A stretch of 64,000 bases of DNA, taken from contig NIVC01001268.1 of the NCBI GenBank assembly GCA_002269645.1, forward strand, positions 19,609 to 83,608. The letters are read 5' to 3'. How positions within the stretch are numbered: position 1 is the stretch's first letter; the number at the start of each line of letters is the position of its first letter. Positions 49,652 to 61,115 of the stretch are shown here, piece by piece. The notes beneath the pieces were generated by a model. The model did not search any database and was not told where the DNA came from. It worked only from the letters and a program-made list of their open reading frames with translations. This DNA comes from Macrostomum lignano (Eukaryota). The position numbers and the translations under genes were made by a program.

Positions 49652-51847
49652 TCAGCAGAATCCGTGCAGCTCGGCGAACTCCTTCGGCGCCAGCTGGACT
49701 CCCGCCACGGCGAGGCAGAGAATCCTGCCAGTCAGGCTGAAGCTCCGATCGCTGGTGAACCCGATGCGAAACTCCGACACTTGGATTGAAGACGGCGAGA
49801 TGTCAGAGGAGTTCACGGCGAGATGACGGCTGCCGTTGATGTACATCTGATAATCGGAGCTCCCGAAGCTGAAGCCAACGCTGCCATAGAAACCGTGCGT
49901 CCATGGTAGAACGTCGGATTTGAAAGATTTATAGCGAGACTGCGACACAGAGTAGATGGGGTGAGTCACCACCAGGCTGCCTGATATCTGCATGGGGCCG
50001 TTTTTATTGTGGATCAGTTTAACTACAGATCACCGCTCACTCCAGTGTGCTGCAACCCCTGCACACCCCAATGTCACTCAGTGTGCTGCAACCCCTGCAC
50101 ACCCCAATGTCACTCAGTGTGCTGCAACCCCTGCACACCCCAATGTCACTCAGTGTGCTGCAACCCCTGCACACCCCAATGTCTCTCAGTGTACTGCAAC
50201 CCCTGCACACCCAAATGTCTCTCAGAGTGCTGCAACCCCTGCACTCCCCATTGTCACACAGTGTTCTGCAACCCCTGCACACCCCAATGTCACTCAGTGT
50301 TCTGCAACCCCTGCACTCCCCATTGTCACTCAGTGTGCTGCAACCCTGCACACCCCATTGTCACTCAGTGTGCTGCAACCCTGCACACCCCAATGTCACT
50401 CAGTGTGCTGCAACCCCTGCACTCAAACGTCTAGATCTCACCCAGAGCATACCTGATACATGATAAACCTTTCGATAGCAGTCAAACTGTCGTAAGCCAC
50501 CAGAAAGTCGGAGTCTTCACTGCCGGCCAATTTCTGCAGTTTAAGCAGCACGGAAATGGCGCCGCCATTTGCCAGCAGAGACGCCAGATTGCCGCCAGGA
50601 ATGGCGATGCGGATGTAGGTGCCGTAGCCGCCGCTGCTGCTACTTAGGTCCGGTTGAACAAACAGCCCGCTGGAGTTCCTGACGGCTCCGATTGACTCCA
50701 CCTTGCCAATTGGTGATAACTGATTGATAATTAATTCTCTTAGCTGACCTATGAACAGCTATAGTAGAAGCATGCTGCATTTCAAGGTAAATGGATCGCG
50801 GATTTTACATGAAAAACTCAGGTACTGTCCTAGAAGTTGGAGGAAATCTATTAAAACTTCTAGAATAATGCTTTTAAATGATTTTTGTTTTGTCAGCAAT
50901 AGATTTGGTCTTGCCCATGGAAATACGAGCTTAGACGGAGAAAGGCAAGCGAGTGAATAATTTGGCCATAGACATCCGCACAAAGGATACCAGCAGCAAA
51001 CTCTCCCATAGGCTCTCTCTCTCTGAGTTTTCAAAACTGCTATCGAATTTCTGAGCTCATTGGAATCATGCTCAAACATCGAATTTCATGCAGTAAAGGC
51101 CAGACTTACCTACTCTATCTATACAGAATAGTCTCAAAACTACGCCACCAGTATGGACCTCGTCTTGTTCATTTAATCTACACAAATCTTGAGCAGTACA
51201 TTATTAGCCTTGCATTAGCTGAGGAATCAGCCTAAGGGTTGGACACAAATTTGAGGGCGGGACGCGTCTCAAGGCCAGCTGAGTCGCCGAAACGGTAGGT
51301 TGCCTGCAGTGTTAGAAACAACAGCACCTCCTGCACCAGCTTGGGGACAGTGCGACTCTCGGTGAGGTGACCCAGCTGGAGTCGCCGACAGCGTAAAGGG
51401 TGTACAATAATCAGCAAAGGTGCACACACTCACCTGAAAGCTGCTCCGGTTGACCAGATTCCCGAAGCCGTACCGATAGCAGTGCAGCAGCAGCAGCTTG
51501 GCTGCCAGCTCCGGCCGAGGCCTGGGAACTCGCAGATAGGCGGTCGAATTGCAGCTTCCTCCTCCATCGGTGCTCGTCCAGGACTCAATCCAGCGATGTT
51601 CGGTGGCCAGCAGACACTCCCCAGTCTTGAAGGCCACCGCTGAGCAGTTGTCGCTCGCGGCGCACTCCACATGACAGGTTCGAACCGAGGAAATGCCGCC
51701 TGATAGCTTCCGAACCTGGTCAGCGGACCCAGCCGTCGTCCACTCGGAGCTCGCCGGGCAGAGGTCGGGAGCCGAACCGAACTCGTAGCTTTTGATGGCG
51801 CCTGCCAAAGCAACGGTCCAGCTTGCGAGGGCCAGGCTTAGCAACAT
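49652..51847 (-). CDS. Secreted protein: signal peptide + PAN/apple-like Cys module + ConA/LamG/pentraxin-like beta domain; exons (complement) 51434-51847, 50453-50719, 49652-49987; 338 aa
   Basis: Hydrophobic N-terminus MLLSLALASWTVALAG; CHVECAASDNCSAVAFKTGECLL (PAN pattern); YGSVGFSF...YQMYING...FRIG...FSLTGRILCLAV (LamG-like). Two phase-0 GT-AG introns; 1017 nt. Domain names come from pattern recognition only. Confidence 0.7.
50037..50425. repeat. 36-bp minisatellite CACTCAGTGTGCTGCAACCCCTGCACACCCCAATGT in intron 2 of the PAN-LamG gene
   Basis: About 11 copies. Confidence 0.95.
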
Positions 51848-52179
51848 AGTTTATCCGAATGTCTCCTTTGCAAAGCTCAGAATTTCGTTGTCTGTAGGCA
51901 AATTTGATGCTTTTGGATGAAAATCTCTCTTTGGGTTTTGTGTGTTTGTTAATAACAATACCTACTACAGAATCTGTTGTCCTTGGTTACCAATCCTATC
52001 CAATCATCTGCGCATTGGGAAGGGATGGAGAAGGGGAGAAAGGGGAGAGAGATTAAAGGAAGACTGAGTTAAAGTACTTTCGTTTGGAAGAGTTTATTAC
52101 AATTCTTGCGAGCAATATCATTTCTAAGAATTTTTTATTTTTGGAGTGTTGAAATACCATCCATAGGTATACATGTAGC

Positions 52180-52865
52180 ATCTCTAGGTATAAAATCTCC
52201 AGGTAAAAGATCTCTAGGTAAAATAAGATCTCCAGGTATAAGATCTCCAGGTATAAGGTCTCCAGGTATAAGATCTCTAGGTATAAGGTCTCCAGGTATA
52301 AGATCTCTAGGAATAAGGTCTCTAGGTATAAGATCTCCAGGTATAAGATCTCCAGGTATAAGATCTCCAAGTATAAGATCTCCAGGTATAAGATCTCCAG
52401 GTATAAGATCTCCAGGTATAAGATCTCTAGGTATAAGGTCTCCAGGTATAAGATCTCTAGGAATAAGGTCTCTAGGTATAAGATCTCCAGGTATAAGATC
52501 TCCAGGTATAAGATCTCCAAGTATAAGATCTCTAGGTATAAGGTCTCCAGGTATAAGATCTCCAGGTATAAGATCTCTAGGTGTAAGGTCTCCAGGTATA
52601 AGATCTCCAGGTATAAGATCTCCAGGTATAAGATCTCCAAGTATAAGATCTCTAGGTATAAGGTCTCCAGGTATAAGATCTCCAGGTATAAGATCTCTAG
52701 GTGTAAGGTCTCCAGGTATAAGATCTCCAGGTATAAGATCTCCAGGTATAAGATCTCCAGGTATAAGATCTCCAGGTATAAGATCTCTAGGCAAGATATC
52801 CAGGTTTAAGATCTGTAGGAATAAGATCTCCATGTACAAGATCTCTAAGTATAGGATCTCTAGGC
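52180..52865. repeat. 15-bp minisatellite GATCTCCAGGTATAA
   Basis: About 45 copies; source of ORFs 52053-52876. Confidence 0.97.
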
Positions 52866-53634
52866 AAGATTTCTAAGTGTAAAACCTCTAGGTACATATC
52901 AATAGTACTATTTGCCAAAAAGCAAGCTATCTTTTCTTCCCAAATGAGTATTTGATCAACGCTCAAGCAAGACTCAGATTTAATTCTTAGGAATAGTAAT
53001 ACCTTTAGCAATATTGAAAGTGTCTTTTTTTTCTAAGACCAAGCACTCGGCCGCTTGTCAGAGAAGTCATTATACAATTTCTTTTGACACACAAAATGCC
53101 GAACTTTCTTCCCTGGAGCACAATTTCTTTATGTTGAAAATGCAATTCCGAGTGCTTTAATTGGAAATCTGATTGACTTGGCTCGATTGGTTAAAACCTG
53201 CAAAGGACCTTGTTGTACCTCGAAAAAACTTCAATGCGTAGGTGGGAACAAATAAGGAAGAATGCTTTATGCCTGAGAAATCTTGAATGCCACAGGCGCA
53301 TGTCAATATTCTCTTTCTAGTAAGAAAGTCACACAAGTGGCTGATAGTCGTTACAGATGGCTACTCATGCGAATCTGCTATGTTGCTGTGGTAAAACAAT
53401 GGAAAACTGGCACTGAAAATGCACTTGCATTTCTAATATGCGCGTCACTCAATGCTCAATGCTTTCTGATTCTATTGAATAGGAGCTCATTCTATTGTGT
53501 TTCGCTTCCTTATCTGTTTACGAGTACCCTTTTGAAGCTGCGAGACAGCTGGCTTCTGCAAGACTTTTGCATACCTGTACTCGTACCTCTGCCCACTGCC
53601 ACTTCCAGTATTCCATATTTCATCTATTCCCAGT

Positions 53635-54100
53635 TGACTCACAATCTCACTCAATTTCAATTCCCATCTCACTCAATTTCCATTCCCATCTCACTCACTT
53701 TCTATTCCCATCTCACTCACTTTCAATTTCCATCTCACTCAATTTCCATTCCCATCTCACTCACTTTCCATTCCCATCTCACTTACTTTCCATTCCCATC
53801 TCACTCAATTTCTATTCCCATCTCACTCACTTTCAATTTCCATCTCACTCAATTTCCATTCCCATCTCACTCACTTTCCATTCCCATCTCACTTACTTTC
53901 CATTCCCATCTCACTCAATTTCTATTCCCATCTCACTCACTTTCCATTCCCATCTCACTCAATTTCCATTCCCATCTCACTCAATTTCCATTCCCATCTC
54001 ACTCAATTTCCATTCCCATCTCACTCAATTTCCATTCCCATCTCACTTACTTTCCATTCCCATCTCACTCACTTTCCGCTCTTATCTCCCACTCCCCATC
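53635..54100. repeat. 22-bp repeat CCCATCTCACTCAATTTCCATT
   Basis: About 20 copies. Confidence 0.95.
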
Positions 54101-56548
54101 TCCCACTTCCCACGCCCTCACTGGTCATTCAAGAACGCAAATACTACATAACTGAAACTAGCGATTGAAACGCTATTAAGCAATTTTTAGCGATTTCTGA
54201 ATACAAAAAGTTAATAAAAGCAAAAGTTAAAAGCTTCTTCTTCGTAAAATATGCCTTTCTTCTACAATGCCAACGGGGATCTCATGCAAACACCAAAGCT
54301 TTGTGGGTTTTAATCGGTTTGCAGGTCTGTAAATATACTTACTGTTTTTCTGCTTCTTGTACTTATTTTTGTATCGCGAATGCCATTCGCCCGCGCCCTG
54401 CATTTCCTTCATGCATAGCATCTATTCCCATCTTTTTTGGCTACAAATCACCCATCCACCATGTCTAATCTCCGATCTCCCACGTCTAATCTCAAATCTC
54501 GCATATCTAATCTAAGATCATCCACGTCTAATCTCAAATTGCTATGTCTAATCTCCGATCTACTATATCTAATCTACGATCTACCATATCTAAACTCCAA
54601 TCTCCCAAATATAATGTCTAATCTTCCATATTTAAACTCAGATCTCTCATATCTAATCTTCGACCTTTTATATGAAATCTCCGATCTCCCTGGTCTACAA
54701 TCTAATCTCACTTATCTCACTCTTGAGATCTCGTGCAATCTTCACTTCTCTCAATCTTCAACACCAGCCTACTCATTTCGCATATCCTCTGTATTTTTCC
54801 TGTTCTCTTGGGTGAGGTCTATTTTTGTGAGCAAGTGAATGCTGGAAACTGCGCTCAAACAAACGCCCACAGTTCGGATCAATGTAAACATCAGGTAAAT
54901 TTAAACTTGCTCAGAGCAAACACTGAAGGCTACGCGCCAGCACCTGGCACATTTTTTCTCGCGATTAACGTGTTAGTGGAAACTCAAATTACAAATGTCA
55001 GGACGAAATTTATTAAGGTGAGTTGGCAATAATTTGATAAATATTGCAAGGAACTAACCTAGATATTTAGTTCTCTTACCCCCGATGACTCATGTGATGA
55101 CTCATTTCCTATTAATTTTTCACCCACATGAATCGCTGCACTATTGTAGGGGTTCACTGAAGTGCGATGCACTCAACGAACTCTTGATCCTTCAAGCTAC
55201 GAGTACATTCCGACGTTGGATTGCTTTACGAGCTTCCCCCCCCCAATCACGTGACCTCTCATTATGCGCACGCATCTTGATTTTATTAGCCAATCACAGT
55301 TTGCGCCGGTCAAGGACGCATCAAGGCCTCTGTGTTCACGCATTGCACGAATGCAGTTTTCCACTCTTTCTGACCCCCGGCCCACTCCATCCACAGCAGA
55401 AAGCCGTGCATAACGTATACTTTAAGTAGCTTACATGCAAAAAAGATGAGGGCTTTTAAAAAAGAGGAAATAAAGTAACAATTTTAATGGAACATTCAAT
55501 TTAAATAAACTGGCGATATACTTTTCTATCTGCCTGTGAGATTTAGGGATATTTTAAACAAATATTGATCGAACACGGACAGATGAAGTAGAAGGATGCT
55601 AAAATCGATTTTTTTTAAATTATCGAGCTGGAGGCAGGTAAGGAAACGGTGTATTTGTAGTATCGCTGACACATTTAATACACTCAAGAGAAATCGAACC
55701 CCTACTTAGCGCTATGCATTCTAACCAGCGATATTTTGAATACTAAAAAATTTGGCGCGTTTTTTTTTGAAGAAAAATACTTGGCAAGTTTTGGTAATGG
55801 CAATTTTCTGCGAAAATTTACAAAACAAACAGCCAATGCAAGCGCATAGAAACTGGTTAAGTTCATATCTACGCTTGTAAGTGGTTGCTAATGAAAAGAA
55901 AATATCAACTATGAATTCTATAGAATTTTTTATCAGTTCGCGCAAATAGCTCAAATACAAGACAAATTAAAAAAGTTTTAAAAAATCTCTGCCAACTATA
56001 GTTACCATCACTGCAACACTACTATCCTACAGTAGCATAAATAGAGTGTTACAATCTCTTTTTGTTGAGAAAATAAAGAAATGTAGTAAGTTAAAGTAGT
56101 GGATAGCGGTTTCAGCGAAAGGTTTATATATAGAATTAAGAATACCATCACGCGTTTGTTTATCAAAATAAACTTCAAAGATCTGAGTGAAAAACTGAGA
56201 CAATCTCTGAGTTCAATTAGTCTGAATATTTTATGAAGCTGCAGATATTACTGTCAGAACCATTTGTGTCTATACCATTTAATATATATTATTTTGAAAT
56301 TGAAATTCTGTCTTAGAATCATTTCATTTAAACAAAAATGAAATGTAGTTTCCTGCTTCGGTACAATTTTTACTGGCGGAGCTGCATAACAGGCGCCTTT
56401 CTTTACTCTATTGAAGTTAGTTTAGTCTGTCTTCTCAGTCTACAAGCTGAGTATACTAGTATGAACATTTCTTTAGTAACTATGGCTGCAAATCATCATT
56501 ATCGAGATCACATTGATGTACTTTTAGTTTGGACTTATCACGTCAACG

Positions 56549-57443
56549 TCAGGCTGCATTCTGCCGCATGCCCAAAGTCGGATACTTCAGCGGCCTTCGG
56601 ATAGTCAGCTCGCAGCAGGGCACCTGTTGTCCATTGCTCCGATCGAGCACCCTGTTGATCACTCGGGGCACAACGGCGGTGAACTCTTCGCGATCCTGAT
56701 TGAAATCATCAGCCACCACTGAGCACAGCTGCTGCGTGAACAAGCCGCCACTTTCCGGGTGTCGGCCGCTCAATCGTCCAGGCGATGTGCTATAAAAGTA
56801 CATGCAGTCTTCCAAAGACACCTGATTGACCTGTTGAAACAGGCGGTGATTTGCTGGCGCGTCGCGGCAGGATTGAATAAAAAACAACTTTGGTTTGTCC
56901 TTCAGCTGCTGGCAGAGCTGGAACTTTGAGTAGATAAGCTGGAGAGCCACTTGTCTTCCATCGTGAGAGTAGATAAAATCGTGACCGCCGTGGCTCATGA
57001 GGCACACAATGATGGCTTTGGAGTTTCTCAGCTCCTCTTCCGAGCAGATATTGGCAGGCAGGTGGTCGAAAAAGTGCGCGTTAACGTTTTGTACCTGCCT
57101 GCAGTCGAAGCCGAGGGAGGTAAAGCAGTGGTAAAGCGCGTTTTCGGCCATATCCGCCATGGAGCCCAGGCGTCGCGGCAGGTCCAGCCCAACGAAATCG
57201 TAGATGTTGATCACCAGAGCGATGCCCCGGTGGATGCCGTCCATGGGGTATGGCCCGGCTCTACTGGAGTCTTCCTGACCCCCAGTGGATTCGTTCGGTT
57301 CGCCGCCGCCCGTGGCGCCCTCTTCTTCTCGACCGCTTCCTCCGGGTCCGGAGCCCGAGGGGGGTGGCGGCTGGTCGCCGTTGCCTTGTTCGTCTTGTTC
57401 CATTGTGACGCCTTGACTCGACAGATTGGCTAGGCGCCGAATT
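56549..57443 (-). CDS. Caspase (peptidase C14A) domain exon with catalytic dyad intact
   Basis: RGIALVINIYDF, R(R)LGS..D, IVCLMSHG, KDKPKLFFIQSCR, DCMYFYSTSPG..SGR, GGLFTQQLC, QQVP. Confidence 0.92.
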
Positions 57444-60400
57444 CTGCAGTGAGGCGGTAAGTGAATGTGCGCTTGGTTATCGTGTCAGAATCGGTGACTT
57501 CACAAGGGTTGCTCAGGAGCCCTGGTACCATTCCCTTTCTTTCAGAAACGTACGACCGTTACAATTTCTGCATCTCCTTTCCCAGCATGATTGTTTGTAT
57601 ACGACAAAAATTGTGCACAGCTGGAGCATCTTGTGCGGGTTAGTTTTGGTTGAACACTAAGAAGTAACGTGCGATAATCGATGCGAAATACCTTGTTCGT
57701 ATTACTCGTAACATCAAGTACTCGTATTTAAAACAAGATTTTATAATTTTTTAAAGCGTCTTGGTGGTCGATGAGCGTTAAATGTTTGCGCTGAAACTTT
57801 AACCAATCAAACTTACAATTTCTCTAAAACCGTAGCGCACTCGTAGTGCTCGCAGAACTTCGCCCACTGCTGAGCGTTCATCTTCTGCTCGCCTTCCCTC
57901 CTGCAGAAGTCCAGCTCATCTGGTTTGTTTAGCCGCTCTCTCAGCTCAAGGAGAACGCTTTTGTGACCGCATCGAGCGGCCCAGATCAGAGGGGTGTTGC
58001 CGGAAAAGTCTGCCAGCTTTAAATTGGCACCCAGGTTGCACAGTTCGCGAGCTGTCGACTCCAATCCCAGCTTTGCGGCGTACAGGATTGCCGAGTATCG
58101 CATCGCATCCTGCAATGAATTTCGTACTATCATTTTAAAGGGTTAGCTTGTGAAATCAGAGTCCGAAACTATCTTCTTTAAAATGGGCTCCCTGTGTATT
58201 TTTGGACGTCTAAGGCTGTATCCATCATAGGGACGTTTTCGAAGTTGGAGCAGGTACGGGTATCTTGGTGCATTACTATTCAGTGTGATTTCATAGCACG
58301 ATTGAACTACCTTTTTGTACTACACTCTGTGTTGTCAATCTCAGTTATGTCAGCTTGATCGCGGCACAATGAAGATAAGGCCAATAAGTAAATTACTTCA
58401 AAGTTCGTCATCCGATCAAAGAGTCCTTCCAGCTCTTTCCATCTTGTCAGAAATCTCAAAAGACATGTTTGTTCGGACTGACTGACAAAAGCGTTCGATT
58501 AGAGTTTAGAGGACTAAAACCACCATTTGTATCGATTTAAATACACGGGAACTGCTTTCGCCTTTCTGCCTCTGACGATAATATGAGTACATTAAACTCA
58601 TTTGTGTTACAGTAAATCAATAATTTTCTCAGTAAAGAAACTCATACCTGACGATTAATATCTGCTCCCATATTGACGAGCGGCTCCAGAACGTCTGTGC
58701 GGTTATTTTTGGCCGCAAGAATCAGTGGCGTCTGACGTAGATTGTCCTCGGCATTGATTTCCGCCTTCAAAGCGCTCTCGTTACTTTTAAAAGCCTCGCT
58801 AAACGCCGCCAGTACACTCTTGTGTCCCTTGACGGCAGCCCAGCACAGGGCGGTCCGGCCCTGCACATCTTTTTCACCGATCTCCAAGGATTTTTTGAGC
58901 ATCTCGCTGACGATCTCGTCCTTGCCTTTGATGCACGCAATCATCAGCGGAGTTTGTCTCATTGGCCCGAAAGTTTGTTTGCACTTTTCCGGAGTGTCGC
59001 TTTGCTTCCGGAGCTGCTGGTCCGTCCACTGGTCCGGCGATGCCGGTCTGAAATTGGTTAATAGTTAGCCTGTCTTGAGAATTCTGTAAGTTTTTTAACT
59101 CACTTCCAGTCACCAAACACGAACTACATGCAGCATGCAATACGCAAACCATGCAAATCATGCAAACCATGATTGGAAGATGCATGAACATGCACTTACA
59201 GAGATTCCTCAGTGGAGCCGCCGTCTAGGAAAAACTTCTTAGTCAGGCTGGTCACGGCTGACGCACCGGAGCCGAATCGCTCAGTTCCCTTCTTCATCTC
59301 CGCCAGGCTCAAGCGTCTGTTCACCTCTGCCACCACGGTCTCAATGTGCTCCTTGCTGAACTTCTCATCGCGAATGACGGAGCAAACTGTATCCGAAAGT
59401 GACCCGGTGCTGCCGCCACTGCACAGAAGAAATTCGTGCTCAGGCAGACGGAACGAGGACTCCTCCAGTGAGCAGGCCTCAAGGCCCTCCGGCTGCTTCT
59501 CTGCTTGAATGAAGAAGATCTTCGGCTTGTCCTTCAGACCGGGGCACTGGCTGGCTCGAAATCGGGCCACGATGTCTCTGACTTCGATTTCTTCTCCGTC
59601 GCTGGCAAAGACGCTGCCACCAGTGCCGTGTCCGATGAGGAAGCACACGAAGCTGCTTATGTCAGCGAGATCCTGCGAAGTTACCACATTGTCAATGCAT
59701 CTCCAAAAATCTGTACACCGAGGATTGTTGTACTTCTCAACAATAAAACTGAGTTTTTTGAAAGCATCCTCTATGTTTAGAGCCTTGTTTTCGAGATTTT
59801 TTGAGGGTGGAAACGTCGAAGTGTCGCCGCATTGTTCCACGGTAATAATGAGGCACAACCCCTTTTCTCGAGTCGCCATCTCAAAAGTGTCGCTAGTAGA
59901 CGACCTGTTTGGGGTTAGAAAAAGCAACCTGTTTGTATTGCAGGGTGATTTGCAGATAAATTAACTTTATTTGACACTCACGATGCGTCGGGCATCAGAG
60001 CAAGTTTTGCTCCGTCTTGTGGACTTTCTGTAGGTGTGCTTGGTTCGGATGGACCCGCAATGGCTGAAAGTTTAGGGGTACCGAGTATTTAGGACATTAG
60101 TTCATAAGTTGCTCTAATTATGCTCGATAACTCTAATTTATCAATCAAGCCTGGGTTAGTATATAGTGGCTTACCCCGTCCGTGAAGAAGAAACGGGTGT
60201 TTAAGAAGTTCAGTAGCCGACTTCCTTTGATCTCTTTTCTGAGAGGTGCAGTTTCGGTAGAAGTCCTTTAAAGTGTTCGGGCAATTGTCGGGCAGGGGTG
60301 GTGCTCCCTGGTTTTTAACCCTGCGAACGATGGCTAGCATGTTCTTGCAGTCCCGGTGAGGCCGGTCTCCAGTCACCATCTGGTAAATCACGCAGCCGAA

Positions 60401-61115
60401 CGCCCAGATGTCGGAGGTGCAGCTGTACGGAGTGTCTTCCGTTCCCTCCGTCAGAAACAGCTCGGGCGCCATGAACGCTGGGTCGCCCTTTGGATTTCCA
60501 GTCACGTGATCAGAGGCCGACTCGACGAGTTGAACTGCCAAACCGAAGTCGATTAGCTTAATATTTCGGTTATCTTCTAACACCATGATTGTGCGACAGT
60601 TCACGTCTCTGTGAATAATTATCCTTGGACTCATTGTGTGAAGGTAAGATAGGGCGCTACAGATCTGGAAGGTAAAATTAAAAAACTTGAATCTGAGTTC
60701 AGTTCTTGAGTAGTTTTTTTTTTTAAATATTTATCTTACCTGTTTTGCAAGCTGTGATACAGTGCCGTAGTCTAGCGGCTTGCATCTGTTGATGAAGCTC
60801 TCCAGTGTTTGGCCATCAATCAGCTCCATCGAGACCAAAACGGACGGCTCGGCTGTCACAAGCGACATGTCCAGAAACCGGACAATATTTTCATGTTCCA
60901 ACTTACAAAGACGCTTCTCATCATTGAAAATTTCTTTTAGCTTTCCAGGCATCCCCTGCTGCTGGTCCTCGCCCAGCTGTACAGGCAGTCGGATGACCTT
61001 CGCTGCCCGACGCTCGGTGCCCTGCTTCTCCATGATTTCCAGCACATCGCTGTGCGCGCCTCGGGCTATGTGTCGACTCTTAATCCAGCCAGGAAAAATT
61101 TCGGTCTCCTCGGTA
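56549..61115 (-). CDS. Multidomain kinase - pseudo-caspase - ankyrin repeats - caspase protein; exons (complement) 60740-61115, 60175-60664, 59982-60063, 59200-59904, 58648-59047, [58397-58477 optional], 57817-58109, 56549-57443; first exon probably 61596-61606
   Basis: Every junction is GT-AG with matching phase (0,1,2,2,0,2). The apparent ORF-track stops at 59196 and 57813 lie inside GTAAGT donors. About 1080 aa in total. Confidence 0.8.
57817..59047 (-). CDS. Ankyrin-repeat exons (about 5 repeats)
   Basis: QTPLMIAC..G, GRTALCWAAVKGH, QTPLILAAKNN...LVNMGADIN, YAAKLG...LCNLGANL, GNTPLIWAARCGH. Confidence 0.9.
59200..59904 (-). CDS. Caspase-like domain exon lacking the catalytic Cys (QAE)
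   Basis: KGLCLII, SSFVCFLIGHG..G.VFASDG, QCPGLKDKPKIFFIQAEK, SLTKKFFL. Confidence 0.88.
60175..61115 (-). CDS. Protein kinase domain exons (Ser/Thr-type fold)
   Basis: IARGAHSDV, AAKVI, LEHENIVRF, MELIDG, YLH, HRDVNCRTI, IKLIDFGLA, FMAPE, SDIWAFGC, LLKHPFL. Confidence 0.93.

Noticed and set aside
58397-58477. Possible extra 81-nt phase-0 exon (SEQTCLLRFLTRWKELEGLFDRMTNFE)
   Set aside because: It is in frame and bounded by AG/GT, but has no recognisable motif and is not required; left as optional.
56549-60634. Treating 56549-57403, 57813-58133, 58642-58962, 59196-59927 and 60089-60634 as separate genes
   Set aside because: Their ends coincide with splice donors whose phases match the next acceptors; a single gene explains all of them.
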